DNA of 64,000 nucleotides from positions 2,432,001 to 2,496,000 of the forward strand of contig JAXHMG010000003.1 in assembly GCA_034521595.1 (NCBI GenBank). Reading direction: 5' to 3'. This document shows, piece after piece, positions 19,773-29,887 of the stretch. The notes beneath the pieces are model-generated. The model did not search any database and was not told where the DNA came from. It saw nothing but the letters and a program-made list of their open reading frames with translations. Made by a program: the position numbers and the translations under genes. Within the stretch, counting starts at the first letter, position 1, and every line of letters starts with the position of its first letter. The stretch is from Gemmatimonadota bacterium. GTDB taxonomy: Bacteria > Gemmatimonadota > Gemmatimonadetes > Longimicrobiales > Gaopeijiaceae.

Positions 19773-20333
19773 ATGGCCGGGCCCCACGTTATCGAATACG
19801 TCGTCAGACCCGATTGCACCGTCGTGGACGTGCAGGGCGAATGGGACACGTTCGCCACCGAAAACGACGCGGCGGATCTAACGGTGTCCGCTGTCGTGGG
19901 GCACGACCTCCGTGAGTTCCTGGGCGGCGCCGAAACCCGCCTCATCTATCAGGCTCTCATCGAGCGCATTTTGGGGACCGGGCGCCTCGTCCGCTTTCCC
20001 TTCCGCTGTGACAGTCCGGATGCTCGGCGTTATATGGAGATGGAGATCGAGCGGCCCGATCCCGACCTCATCCGTTTCAGAAGCCGGATGATTCGTGAAG
20101 AAGACCGCCCGGCCCAACCTCTCTTCAACACGAAAGTCGCGCGCAGTGACGAGCTGCTCGTCACGTGTAGCTGGTGCAAGCGCGTGAAGACCGAGGGCGA
20201 TGTCTGGGTGGAAGTCGAGGACTACGTGGCATCGTCCGGACTCATGGAAGCGGACGTGCTCCCGCGGCTCACCCATGGCGTGTGCCCGGATTGCGAGGAG
20301 AGCATGGACGCGCTGATCGAATCGGCGGAGTGA
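19773..20333 (+). CDS. PAS-like protein with C-terminal CxxC/HGxCxxC zinc-binding motif
   Basis: WDTFATEN, FRCDSPDARRYM, CSWCKRV..LTHGVCPDC. Confidence 0.65.
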   Translation: MAGPHVIEYVVRPDCTVVDVQGEWDTFATENDAADLTVSAVVGHDLREFLGGAETRLIYQALIERILGTGRLVRFPFRCDSPDARRYMEMEIERPDPDLIRFRSRMIREEDRPAQPLFNTKVARSDELLVTCSWCKRVKTEGDVWVEVEDYVASSGLMEADVLPRLTHGVCPDCEESMDALIESAE

Positions 20334-20373
20334 GAGAGCCGACGGCGGACGCGCGACGAGCGGTCCGTCCCGT

Positions 20374-21987
20374 TCAGGCCCCGAGGGCGATGAGCGAAAG
20401 ATACATGCCCTGGACGACGAGGATGACCATGATGAGGGCTACGGGATAGACCGAGGAGTAGGCCACGACCGGTCGCTCCGAGGTGTCCACCTGACGGATG
20501 ACATCCAATCCGGGGGTGAACGTCATTCCCCCGCAAATCACACCGAAGCACTCGCTGACCGAGATCTTCAACAGGTAGTGGCCCACCAGAAAGCTGACCG
20601 TCATGGGGACCAGGACGAAGAGGAGCGCGAAGGCGGCGTAGTAGATCGCGTTCACATCGAGGAGCTCGACGAACCTCTGCCCCGTATCGAATCCGACCTG
20701 AACGAAGAACAGGGCGAGCCCCAGCTCTTTGAGCACTTCCGTAGCGGTCCGCGGAAAACGCCCGATGAAGTTCCCGATCCGACCGAAGTGACCGAAGACG
20801 AGACCGGCGACCAGGGCCCCTCCGGCAAGCCCGAGCGAGAAGTTTCCAAGGGCGGGAAGGGGAATGATGATCCCCCCGATGGCGAAGGCCAGGAACAGGG
20901 CGGCCGCCAACGAACGGATGTCGACCCGGCGCTGCACGGCCTGGTGCTCGTGGCCCAGGAACATCTCGAGCTGTTCGAGCTGGTACGTCGTCCCCACCGC
21001 GACGACCACGTCACCATGCTCGAGCACCTGGTCGAAGTGGGGAACGAATTCCACGTTCGCTCGAATGATCCGGGTGATCGAGACATTGAATCGAAGGCGG
21101 ATGCCCAGATCGCTGAGTGAGCGGTTGATGACTGACGTGTTCTCGACCACGATCGACCGGGTATCGAGCTCGGGGTCGTCCTCGAAGTGGTCGTGGACCT
21201 CTTCGCCGAAGGCGGTGCCCACTCTTTCGATGTCTTCCGCGAGCCCCTCCAGGCGAACGACGTCCCCCTTCTGAAGGACCGTGGTTCCGCTCGCCGTCCT
21301 CAGGGTCAGGTTGCGGAGGATTCCCGAAATGACCACGTCACTGTGCTGAAGCTCGTCGAGGTCTTTGATCTGCGTTCCGTGATAGCCTTCGTTGGTGACC
21401 CGGTAGACCCGCGCTTCCATCTTGGAATGGGATCTCGCTTCCGCCTCCATCTTGGGGCGAAGCAAGCGAACCGCGACGCTGATGAAGAGAATGACGCCCA
21501 GCAGTCCGAAGGGATACGCTACGCCGTACCCGAAGATCACTTCCTCCTCGGGGCTGAACTGGAGCGCGCTGACCAGAGCCGGGCTGGATGTGAACGCTCC
21601 GGCGAAGAGGCCCAACCCGATTCCGACCGGCACACCGCCGAGCTTGAGGATGAGGACGGTGTTCACCCCGGCGATGCCGAGAAGGACGATCACGTTTTTT
21701 ATGAACCTCTTCCCGTGCTGCTTGAAGGCTCGAAAGAAGCTGGGGCCCGCTTCCAGTCCCACACTCAGCAGGAAGAGCACGATTCCCAGATCCTGGAGAA
21801 TCGGAATGGGAGAGAATTGATATAGATAGCCCGCCGCCATGGCCACGATCAGGACACCGCTCGAGCCGAACCCGACGCCCTTGACCCGGAAGTTCCCGAA
21901 GGTGATCCCAAGAAGGACGATGAGGAATGTGACGACCAGCTCGCTTCTCTGGAAGAAGAACTCGAAGGGGATCACATCGTCCTGCAT
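20374..21987 (-). CDS. AspT/YidE/YbjL family transporter with TrkA-C domains
   Basis: GLEAGPSFF, GAFTSSPAL, YGVAYPFG, two RCK_C domains, GGMTFTPGL. Confidence 0.88.
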   Translation of the reverse strand: MQDDVIPFEFFFQRSELVVTFLIVLLGITFGNFRVKGVGFGSSGVLIVAMAAGYLYQFSPIPILQDLGIVLFLLSVGLEAGPSFFRAFKQHGKRFIKNVIVLLGIAGVNTVLILKLGGVPVGIGLGLFAGAFTSSPALVSALQFSPEEEVIFGYGVAYPFGLLGVILFISVAVRLLRPKMEAEARSHSKMEARVYRVTNEGYHGTQIKDLDELQHSDVVISGILRNLTLRTASGTTVLQKGDVVRLEGLAEDIERVGTAFGEEVHDHFEDDPELDTRSIVVENTSVINRSLSDLGIRLRFNVSITRIIRANVEFVPHFDQVLEHGDVVVAVGTTYQLEQLEMFLGHEHQAVQRRVDIRSLAAALFLAFAIGGIIIPLPALGNFSLGLAGGALVAGLVFGHFGRIGNFIGRFPRTATEVLKELGLALFFVQVGFDTGQRFVELLDVNAIYYAAFALLFVLVPMTVSFLVGHYLLKISVSECFGVICGGMTFTPGLDVIRQVDTSERPVVAYSSVYPVALIMVILVVQGMYLSLIALGA

Positions 21988-22286
21988 GGAGACGCACCTC
22001 GCGCTGAATCAACATGAGCGACAAAGCATGGCCGAATCGGACTACGGGAGCAACGAGCTCATCGTGCAGGAGGGCTGACTTCGTCGTCCCGGAGGGTTGT
22101 CCAACGTCTTGAACCGCCCCGGGTTCACCATCTTCGGACCATGCGTTCGCGAAGATTCCCGAGTTGCGCTGGGAAAATCCGCCGGACGGATGAGGCCGGG
22201 GCTCCGAGCCATATCGTCGCTGCGACCGGGGCACGCGCCACGACGCCCGCAGGAACCTGGGACGCGCTATCCGGTTGGGTTGGTGT

Positions 22287-22865
22287 ATGGACACCCTACC
22301 GCTGCCCCCCATCCCTGCGCTGACGGTCGCACTGAAGCCGCTCGCGATCCTTTCGTCGGTGCTTCTCGCGGCCGGCTGCGGTGCGTCGGAGAATCCGGAC
22401 CGGGGTGAGGACGAAGGCGGAGGCGTGACAGCGACGCGAGCCGGCCCGCTCGCGGGCCTTACCCTTCCCGACCTCGACGGCGTCGAGCGTCCGCTCAGGA
22501 CCCGTGCCGACGAGATCACGGTCGTCAACTTCTGGGCGACTTGGTGCCTTCCCTGCCTCGACGAGCTTCCGGAGCTCGTGGCGCTCGACCGTCGGTGGGC
22601 GGAGGACCGCGTACGCGTCGTCGGCGTCGCGGTCGAATCGGGCGCGGCCGCCGACATCCGGGCTTTCGCCGACGAGCAGGGGATGGAGTACACGCTACTC
22701 ACCGCCGATCAGCGGTGGGGGCGCAAGCATTTCGGTGTCTTCGGGCTGCCGGTGACGCTCGTCGTGGACCGCTCTGGCGAGGTCCGGCACACTCTGATCG
22801 GACCCCAGACGAAGACGGACTTCGAGGCAGCCGTCGCTCCGCTCCTCGAACCCGGAGAAGGGTGA
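22287..22865 (+). CDS. TlpA/ResA-like thiol-disulfide reductase lipoprotein
   Basis: Lipobox AAGC; VNFWATWCLPCLDELP; GLPVT. Confidence 0.88.
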   Translation: MDTLPLPPIPALTVALKPLAILSSVLLAAGCGASENPDRGEDEGGGVTATRAGPLAGLTLPDLDGVERPLRTRADEITVVNFWATWCLPCLDELPELVALDRRWAEDRVRVVGVAVESGAAADIRAFADEQGMEYTLLTADQRWGRKHFGVFGLPVTLVVDRSGEVRHTLIGPQTKTDFEAAVAPLLEPGEG

Positions 22866-22920
22866 AGGAAGCGGCGGCGGGCCCGCGCGTGGTGAGGGGA
22901 CGAAGGACCGGTGACGGAAG

Positions 22921-25248
22921 GTGAAAATGCCCAAGGACAGAGCATCTGTGATTGATCGCAGTGTGAAGTGGCGAACGCGACCTGCAGCACGTCCCGGTGA
23001 GGGTGGCGTGCGCTTCCCGACGGTCCCCGCATCTCTCGTCGTGGCTACGGCCGCACTCCTCGGAACCGCCGCCCCGCTTTCCGCCCAACATCCGGAGCCC
23101 GGCGCCTCGGGCGCGGAGTCGGGAACGCCCGAGTTGCGGAACGAGCTGGCGAACGCGACGAGCCCTTACCTTCGCTCGGCGGCCGAACAGCCCGTCGCCT
23201 GGCAGGAGTGGGGCCCGGAGACCTTCGAGCTCGCGCGCAGGCTCGACCGCCCGATCTGGCTCGACGTCGGCGCGATCTGGTGCCACTGGTGCCACGTCAT
23301 GGACCGGGAGAGCTACGAGAACCCGGAGATCGCCGCGCTGATCAACGAGCACTTCGTTCCCGTCAAGGTCGACCTGGACGAGCGACCGGACATCGACAAC
23401 CGGTATCAGGCCGCCCACATCGAGCTCACCGGACGAGGCGGTGGGTGGCCGCTCACGATGTTCTTGACCCCGGACGGAGAGCCGTTCGGGGGAGGGACGT
23501 ACTTCCCGCCCGAAGCCCGTGACGGACGGCCCGGGCTGAAGGACATCGTGCCCGAGGTCGCTGCCCGGTTCCACGAGGACCGCGGAGAGGTGACGGAAAC
23601 CGCCCGCGAGACCCGCGAGCGCTTGAGCGAGCTCGGGAGGGCCGCCGACGCGGACGGCGATCTGGAGCACGACGTCGTCCGGGACGTCACCGAGATCGTA
23701 GAGAAGCAGTTCGATCGAGACCACGGAGGGTTCGGCAACAGCGAGGCGGCGAAGTTCCCGCACGCCGAGGCGATCCGGCTCGCCCTCGCCCGCGCGTACC
23801 TGAGGGACGACGAGGACCTACAACGCTCGGCGCTCGAGACGCTCGAGGCGTACGCCCGCAGCGGGATGCGCGATCACGTGAACGGCGGCTTCTTCCGCTA
23901 TAGCGTGGACCGGGCGCTCACCGTGCCACACTTCGAGAAGATGGACTACGTGCAGGCGGCGATGCTCCAGGCGTACCTGGACGCGTATCGTTGGACGGGT
24001 GAAGAGGGGTATGCGGCGGTCGCGCGGGACATCATGCGTTACGTCGACGCCACGCTCTCCGACCCCGAGCGCGGCGGCTTTTTCGCGCACCAGGACGCCG
24101 ACGTGTCGCTCGACGACGACGGGTCCTACTACACGTGGAGCTTGGCCGACCTCGAGGCGGCCGTGCCGCCGGAGGAGTTCGAAGCGATGCGCCTCTACTA
24201 CGACGTCGAGGAGGACGGCGAGATGAGCGAGCATCCGGACCAGAACGTCCTGCGCCTGGAACGGACCGTGGGCGAGGTTGCCGATGAGCTCGGCATCGCT
24301 CCCGAGGAGGCCGAGCGGCGGATCCGCAGTGGGACCGAACGGCTCGAGGCCGCACGAGCCGAATGGGAAGCTCCGTTCGTGGAGACGACCGTCTTCACCG
24401 ACCGCAACGCCATGCTGATCTCGGCATACCTCGACGCGTACACGACGCTCGGGGATGCCGGGGCCCGGGACTTCGCCCTCGAGACGCTCGACCGCATCCT
24501 GGAGCACGCCGTGCTGCCCGACGGCTCGGTCCGGCACGCCATGGCGGGGGAACAGAGCTACGTTGACGGCTTCATGGCCGACTATGCCGGCATCTCCGAC
24601 GCTCTTCTCGACGCGTACCAAGTCACGGGGGAGAGCCGCTACCTGAGGACGGCGGAGCGTGTGATGGAGCGTGCCGTCGAGGTGTTCTGGGACGACGAGA
24701 ATGGCGGGTTCTACGACCGGCCGGAAGACCCGGACGCGCCGGCGCTCCTGGCCGACCGCGTGAAGGACTTCGACGACGCCCCCCTCCCCGGGGACAACGC
24801 CGTGGCGGCGCGCGCCCTGAACAAGCTCTACCTGCTCACGAGCGCGGAGCGTTGGCGGGAGCTCGCCGCCCGGACGCTGGCGGCCTTCGCGGGCGCCGCT
24901 CGGGAGCGGGGGGTGTTCGTGGCGAGCTACGCCCTCGCGGCCGAGGCGCACCTGAACAAGCCACCCCGGACAGTCGTGATCGGGCCGGCCGGCGACACGC
25001 GCACGGACGCGCTGGTCGAGGCGGCGTGGCGGACGTTCCGGCCCGGCCGGACCGTCGCGAGCTACGATCCCACGACGGTGGAGCTCGAGACCCTCCCTCC
25101 GGCCGTGGCCGGCGCGGCGCGCGTGTTCGGTAGCGATCCCACGCCACGCGCCTACGTCTGTGTTGGCGAGACGTGCGCACCGCCGACCACCGATCCGGAG
25201 ATGGTCACCGAACTCGTGCGGGAATACGGGTTGTCGGGGTCGCGCTGA
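22921..25248 (+). CDS. YyaL/DUF255 thioredoxin-domain protein with six-hairpin glycosidase-like fold
   Basis: SPYL, WCHWCHVMDRESY, ERPDID, GGWPLT, VPHFEKM; real start may be GTG at about 23008. Confidence 0.88.
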   Translation: MKMPKDRASVIDRSVKWRTRPAARPGEGGVRFPTVPASLVVATAALLGTAAPLSAQHPEPGASGAESGTPELRNELANATSPYLRSAAEQPVAWQEWGPETFELARRLDRPIWLDVGAIWCHWCHVMDRESYENPEIAALINEHFVPVKVDLDERPDIDNRYQAAHIELTGRGGGWPLTMFLTPDGEPFGGGTYFPPEARDGRPGLKDIVPEVAARFHEDRGEVTETARETRERLSELGRAADADGDLEHDVVRDVTEIVEKQFDRDHGGFGNSEAAKFPHAEAIRLALARAYLRDDEDLQRSALETLEAYARSGMRDHVNGGFFRYSVDRALTVPHFEKMDYVQAAMLQAYLDAYRWTGEEGYAAVARDIMRYVDATLSDPERGGFFAHQDADVSLDDDGSYYTWSLADLEAAVPPEEFEAMRLYYDVEEDGEMSEHPDQNVLRLERTVGEVADELGIAPEEAERRIRSGTERLEAARAEWEAPFVETTVFTDRNAMLISAYLDAYTTLGDAGARDFALETLDRILEHAVLPDGSVRHAMAGEQSYVDGFMADYAGISDALLDAYQVTGESRYLRTAERVMERAVEVFWDDENGGFYDRPEDPDAPALLADRVKDFDDAPLPGDNAVAARALNKLYLLTSAERWRELAARTLAAFAGAARERGVFVASYALAAEAHLNKPPRTVVIGPAGDTRTDALVEAAWRTFRPGRTVASYDPTTVELETLPPAVAGAARVFGSDPTPRAYVCVGETCAPPTTDPEMVTELVREYGLSGSR

Positions 25249-25495
25249 AGGGAGGGGCGAAGGGGCGCACGTCCCGCTGGTTCCGACACACGCCTCCTCT
25301 TCAACGGCGCCACAACGCCTTCAACATCCGCCATATCTTGGGTTTGCGGGCCTCGGCGCGCCACCCTTCTTCGGCGAGCTCACGGATTCGTGCAAAACCG
25401 GGTCGCGGGAGGTGGGTTTCGAGACGAGCAGGCCGGTCGCAGCGAGCTCCGGACTCGTGCGTGCCTTCCCAGGGTCATGCCCACCGGGCGCGCCC

Positions 25496-26115
25496 TTAGC
25501 GGCGGTCGGCGGCGGCGGCGTGGTCGTGCATCCCGGCCTTCCACCAGCGCAGGAGGGCCGCACCGACCAGCCCGACCAGGAGTAGGGGGCCGACGAGTCG
25601 CAGGTTCCCGGTGACCCAGGCGATCACCGGCTCGACGTCGGCCGCGAAGATCCATCCCAGGCTCGTGTACACGGTGCCCCAGAGAATCAAGGCGGTGCCA
25701 TCGACCAGGAGAAACCGCCGCGGGCTGATTCCAGCGAGCCCCGATGCCGCGGCGAGCATGGCGGAGACCCCGGGATGAACTTGCCGAGCAGGAGGTATCC
25801 GGCTCCGACCCGTGAGATCCGCGAGCTCACGGCCAGGACGCACACCTTCGGATTCGACGACAGTCCGCACGCCGAATCAACGATGGCGCTCCCCCGCCAG
25901 CGAGCCAATCCGAACCACGCGAGGTCCGAGGTCAGGCCTCCGGCCACAACCGCGGCGACCACCCCGAACGGATTCAGGACACCGGACGCCGCGATCGCTC
26001 CGGCTGCCACGACCAGCGGGGTGCTGGCCACCGGAAGTCCCGCGAACTCGGCGATGCCGAGCACGTAGAGGGCTACGTATCCGTGCGACCCCATGAAGGC
26101 GATGAGTGCGTCCAA
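25496..26115 (-). pseudogene. DedA/VTT family membrane protein, frameshifted
   Basis: EFAGLPV..GKFIPG then frame switch to VSAMLAAASG..FLLVD..LW at the G-run 25768-25771. Confidence 0.7.
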
Positions 26116-26282
26116 TTCAGCGCTTGCCCGTGTCTCGAGATGGGAGGGATCCTCACGAGCCAATCGCTTCCGTGCCTTGGCGGTTCCACCGCCGAATCGC
26201 TCCGGGTGGCTCCGGGGAGCCCGTCCCCGGTCGGACGGATCTGCCGGGCTCTACGAGAGTGTCAAATTCTCAACCGTTGTTT

Positions 26283-26489
26283 TTAGCCGAGATCAAACCG
26301 GTGGTGACACCGAAGGTCTTCGGGAATGCCCTTCGATGCCTCGCCGATGATCTCCAGGCGACGAGTGACTGAGTCCTGCTTCTCGACGTCTTCGGTAAAC
26401 GACTCGAGGGTCAGACCAGCCGTGTACCGCTGCAGAAGCTCGATCGCTTCGAGGATCTCCTCGAGCAGGATCTTCACACCTCGACTCAT
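26283..26489 (-). pseudogene. Truncated HepT/DUF86 (HEPN) toxin
   Basis: LEEILEAIE..QDSVTRRLEIIGEASKGIPEDLR then divergence; no RX4H active site. Confidence 0.75.
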
Positions 26490-26600
26490 AGCAGCGGCAC
26501 GACCTCACCCATGATCCGGCCCCGGAGCTTCGGATGAAGCGATTGCGGTATGGCCACATCGACGTCGCGGCCGAGGAGGCCGATGCCCTGGTGAGCAAGC
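26486..26600 (-). pseudogene. 3' remnant of minimal nucleotidyltransferase (MntA) antitoxin
   Basis: LLGRDVDVAIPQSLHPKLRGRIMGEVVPLL*, 4-nt overlap with the HepT start. Confidence 0.65.
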
Positions 26601-26609
26601 CGGGATCGC

Positions 26610-27017
26610 TTAGCTCGGGGACAGGAGTTGGAGCGAGGGGAAGTACGTGAGGTAACGCGAGCGTTCACGGCTGAGGAGGGTCATCCCGGCAATCGCCGCG
26701 TGGGCCCCGATATAGAAGTCCGGCAGGGGCGAGCGTCGTTCGCCTCCCGCGCAGCGGTACTTCACGAAGCTCTTTCCGGCCAGAAAGCCCGCCTGGAAGG
26801 GGAGGGCATCTCGCCGGAACGTCGAGGCTGGCAGGGCGTCGTCCAAGTCTTCGATCCTGTTGAACCGGATCGATACTTCCGCGTAGATAAGCGGATTGAT
26901 GACCAGGGTGGAACGTTCCGCCTGCTGATCCAACGCGGCGGATGACCATTTGAACCACCGGGGATCTTCGGTCAGGACGTCCAAGATGACGTTGCTGTCG
27001 ACCAGGGTCTCGCTCAC
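26610..27017 (-). CDS. vapC: VapC PIN-domain toxin
   Basis: LVDSNVILD, IYAEVS, PDFYIGAHA. Confidence 0.88.
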   Translation of the reverse strand: MSETLVDSNVILDVLTEDPRWFKWSSAALDQQAERSTLVINPLIYAEVSIRFNRIEDLDDALPASTFRRDALPFQAGFLAGKSFVKYRCAGGERRSPLPDFYIGAHAAIAGMTLLSRERSRYLTYFPSLQLLSPS

Positions 27018-27244
27018 GGAGCCTCGTCGCGAGTGAGCGCCATGATCTCGTCGGTGGTCATTGGCACATCGCCGCGCCCGCGGAGACTCTCGACAACGCG
27101 CCGGCCGCGCCGACCGGTCTCGGCCTTGGTCACAACCACGACATCACCACGCACCTCGAACTCGACCTCGGTGTGCGGCAGGAGGCCGAGGCGCTCGCGG
27201 ATGTCCTGGGGAATGGTGACCTGGCCCTTCGTGGTAATTTTCAT
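27014..27244 (-). CDS. AbrB/MazE/SpoVT family antitoxin
   Basis: MKITTKGQVTIPQDIRERLGL..MTTDEIMALTR; overlaps vapC start. Confidence 0.9.
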   Translation of the reverse strand: MKITTKGQVTIPQDIRERLGLLPHTEVEFEVRGDVVVVTKAETGRRGRRVVESLRGRGDVPMTTDEIMALTRDEAP

Positions 27245-27583
27245 ACAGCCTCCGGGTGGTATTACTACGATGCGTAATACCATTCTGGGGAGGGCGCTAG
27301 GTCAAGGCCGCAGGTCTGGTGTGGAAAGGGCTCGCGCGTGCGCACCGGTGCTCGGTGGGGAGACACCGAGACCCTCTAACCCTGATGCTACCGACCCGCG
27401 TAACCTCCATAAAACCGGCAGAATGCCCGAGTGCGGACGAAGCGACGTGTCCACACCACGTAGGCTTGCTCCGTCCGAGGGCTGTAGTGCCGAGCTCGGA
27501 GCGCGGCTCGGAGGCGGTGGAGCAGTGTCGCACCGTGCAAGGGACTGCGGGATAGCGGGATGGGCCTCCGTGACGACGCTCAG

Positions 27584-27978
27584 GCGCTCCGAGGCCTTCG
27601 GCCCCGAAACGCCTCTCCATGCGCCCGGCAGGATGGCCGTCGCTCCGCGACGGCGCGTCGCGGGAGTACCCTCCTCGGCTCTATCTCCACCGTACGGGCC
27701 CGCTCGGCTCGAACAAGGCCCGTCTCCAAGCGCCAAACACAAGAAAACGCGCTCCGAGGCCTGCGGCCCCGGAGCGCGTTTTCATGCGCCCGGCAGGATG
27801 GAGCTGCGGTCGCCTCCGGCGATCCTCGCTCGTCTCGCGGAACACCAGCCCAGGCCCTAACGGGAACAACCCCGCAGGCCGCTCGGCTCGAACAAGCCTC
27901 GCCTCCAAGCGCCAAACACAAGAAAACGCGCTCCGAGGCCTGCGGCCCCGGAGCGCGTTTTCATGCGCCCGGCAGGAT
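27584..27978. repeat. Tandem direct repeats of tRNA-Arg 3' end plus terminator (2 near-identical ~100-bp units, 1 degenerate)
   Basis: CATGCGCCCGGCAGGAT at 27618, 27783 and 27962; 27701-27799 nearly identical to 27880-27978. Confidence 0.9.
27923..27961 (-). terminator. Rho-independent terminator of tRNA-Arg (duplicated at about 27744-27782)
   Basis: AAAACGCGCTCCG..CGGAGCGCGTTTT followed on the minus strand by CTTGTGTTT. Confidence 0.8.
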
Positions 27979-28037
27979 TCGAACCTGCGACCTCATGCTC
28001 CGGAGGCATGCGCTCTATCCAACTGAGCTACGGGCGC
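27964..28037 (-). tRNA. tRNA-Arg(CCG)
   Basis: GCGCCCGTAGCTCAGTTGGATAGAGC..CATGC-CT-CCG-GA-GCATG..GGTTCGAATCC..GGGCGCA; CCA not encoded. Confidence 0.96.
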
Positions 28038-28119
28038 GGCGGTGTGAAGACGGGTAAGCTAACGACCCCGGAGCCTGGGCTCCACCGTCTGCGGGTGCTT
28101 CGTCCACGCCCGTCCGGCG

Positions 28120-29199
28120 TCAGCGCCCGTACTTCAGCGTGCCCTCGTAGGTGCTGAGGCCCGAATCGTCGTGCACGGTCATGGTGGCGGGCCGGGTGCT
28201 TCCCATCCGGCAGGCTCCGACCTCGCCGTCGCGGTTGATCGCGACGAACTTCTCGCCCGGCGTGAAGTCGATGCCGACATTCGCGTAGTTCTCCATGATG
28301 AGGTCGGCGGTGTCCTCGCACGCCTGCTGGGGAGTTCGTCCCTGCCGCATACGCATGACGATATGGTACGCCGCGCAGGACTTGATCACGTCCTCGCCCC
28401 TGCCGGTGACCCCGGCCGCCCCTACGGCGTTGTCCACGTAGAGCCCGGCTCCGATGATGGGGGAGTCGCCCACGCGTCCCGGCACCTTCCAGCTCAGGCC
28501 ACTCGTCGTGGTGATCCCGGCCACGTTCCCGTCCGCGTCCACGGACAGCACGTTGGTCGTGCCCTGCTCGAACTCCACCGCACCGTCGATCCCGGGCGCC
28601 AGGTCCGTGCCCCGAAGGTGATCCGGCGGGCCCCAGTCGTCGTCGGGATTGAGCTCCTCACGCCAACGGAGCCAGATCTCCCGGGCTTCCGGGGTGAGGA
28701 GCTCCTCCTCTTCGAAGCCGAAGGATCGGGCGAACTCCAGGGCCCCTTCTCCCGTCAGCATGACGTGATCGGTCCGCTCCATGACGAGCCGGGCGACGGA
28801 GGAAGGATTCTTGATCCGTTCCAGGCCGGCCACCGAGCCCGCGTTGTAGGTGCGGCCGTCCATGATCGACGCGTCGAGCTGGACGACCCCGTCGGCATTG
28901 GGGAGGCCGCCGTAGCCCACCCCATGGTCGTCGGGGTCGACCTCGATGACGTTGGCGCCCCGCTCCACGGCGTCGAGCGCCGACCCGCCCGAAGAGAGAA
29001 GCTCCCAGGCCTGGGTCATGGCGTTCCGGCCGGTGTCGTTGGTGTGGCTGGTGATGATCAGAGGCACCCCGGCGCTCGGGCGCCGGGAACCGGAGACGAA
29101 CGCTTCCGGGCTTTTCCCGAACACTGCGAAGCCGGCACCGGCCGCCAGGCTTCCGCGCACGAACTGCCTGCGATCGACGTTCGAGTTCTCGTCGCTCAT
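28120..29199 (-). CDS. Tat-exported N(4)-(beta-N-acetylglucosaminyl)-L-asparaginase (Ntn hydrolase)
   Basis: DRRQFV Tat motif; GYGGLPN..QLDASIMDG; catalytic GTT; GRVGDSPIIGAG; TGRGE. Confidence 0.9.
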   Translation of the reverse strand: MSDENSNVDRRQFVRGSLAAGAGFAVFGKSPEAFVSGSRRPSAGVPLIITSHTNDTGRNAMTQAWELLSSGGSALDAVERGANVIEVDPDDHGVGYGGLPNADGVVQLDASIMDGRTYNAGSVAGLERIKNPSSVARLVMERTDHVMLTGEGALEFARSFGFEEEELLTPEAREIWLRWREELNPDDDWGPPDHLRGTDLAPGIDGAVEFEQGTTNVLSVDADGNVAGITTTSGLSWKVPGRVGDSPIIGAGLYVDNAVGAAGVTGRGEDVIKSCAAYHIVMRMRQGRTPQQACEDTADLIMENYANVGIDFTPGEKFVAINRDGEVGACRMGSTRPATMTVHDDSGLSTYEGTLKYGR

Positions 29200-29367
29200 C
29201 GGTTTCCTCCTGCCATCGTAGTGATCGGCACCCGGTACGGGCGCTCGCCCCGAACGCAAGGCTAGGGGGGCGGAAGAGGAGGGGCAAGCGAGCAGTGAGT
29301 CAACGGGCCCACTCGACGGAGTCGGGCGACGAACCGGGCCCGTGATCGCACGCAATCGATACGAAAC

Positions 29368-29400
29368 GGCGCCCCCCTGCAGACGAAGCCGGGGGGCGCC
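29368..29400 (-). terminator. Putative rnpB terminator hairpin
   Basis: GGCGCCCCCC...GGGGGGCGCC immediately 3' of rnpB. Confidence 0.6.
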
Positions 29401-29405
29401 GAAAT

Positions 29406-29774
<369 letters not shown>

Positions 29775-29887
29775 GTGAGGTACAACCCCCGGACCATCGG
29801 AGAAGATCCCGGAGAGAACCGCTCGGCCCTCACGCCGGGCGACGCGCCCGTGTGGTGCGACAGACAGGGTGGACATAATTTCGTGAG

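Noticed and set aside
27584-27978. CRISPR array
   Set aside because: Repeats are about 100 bp, only 2-3 copies, derive from the tRNA 3' end and terminator, and no cas genes are present
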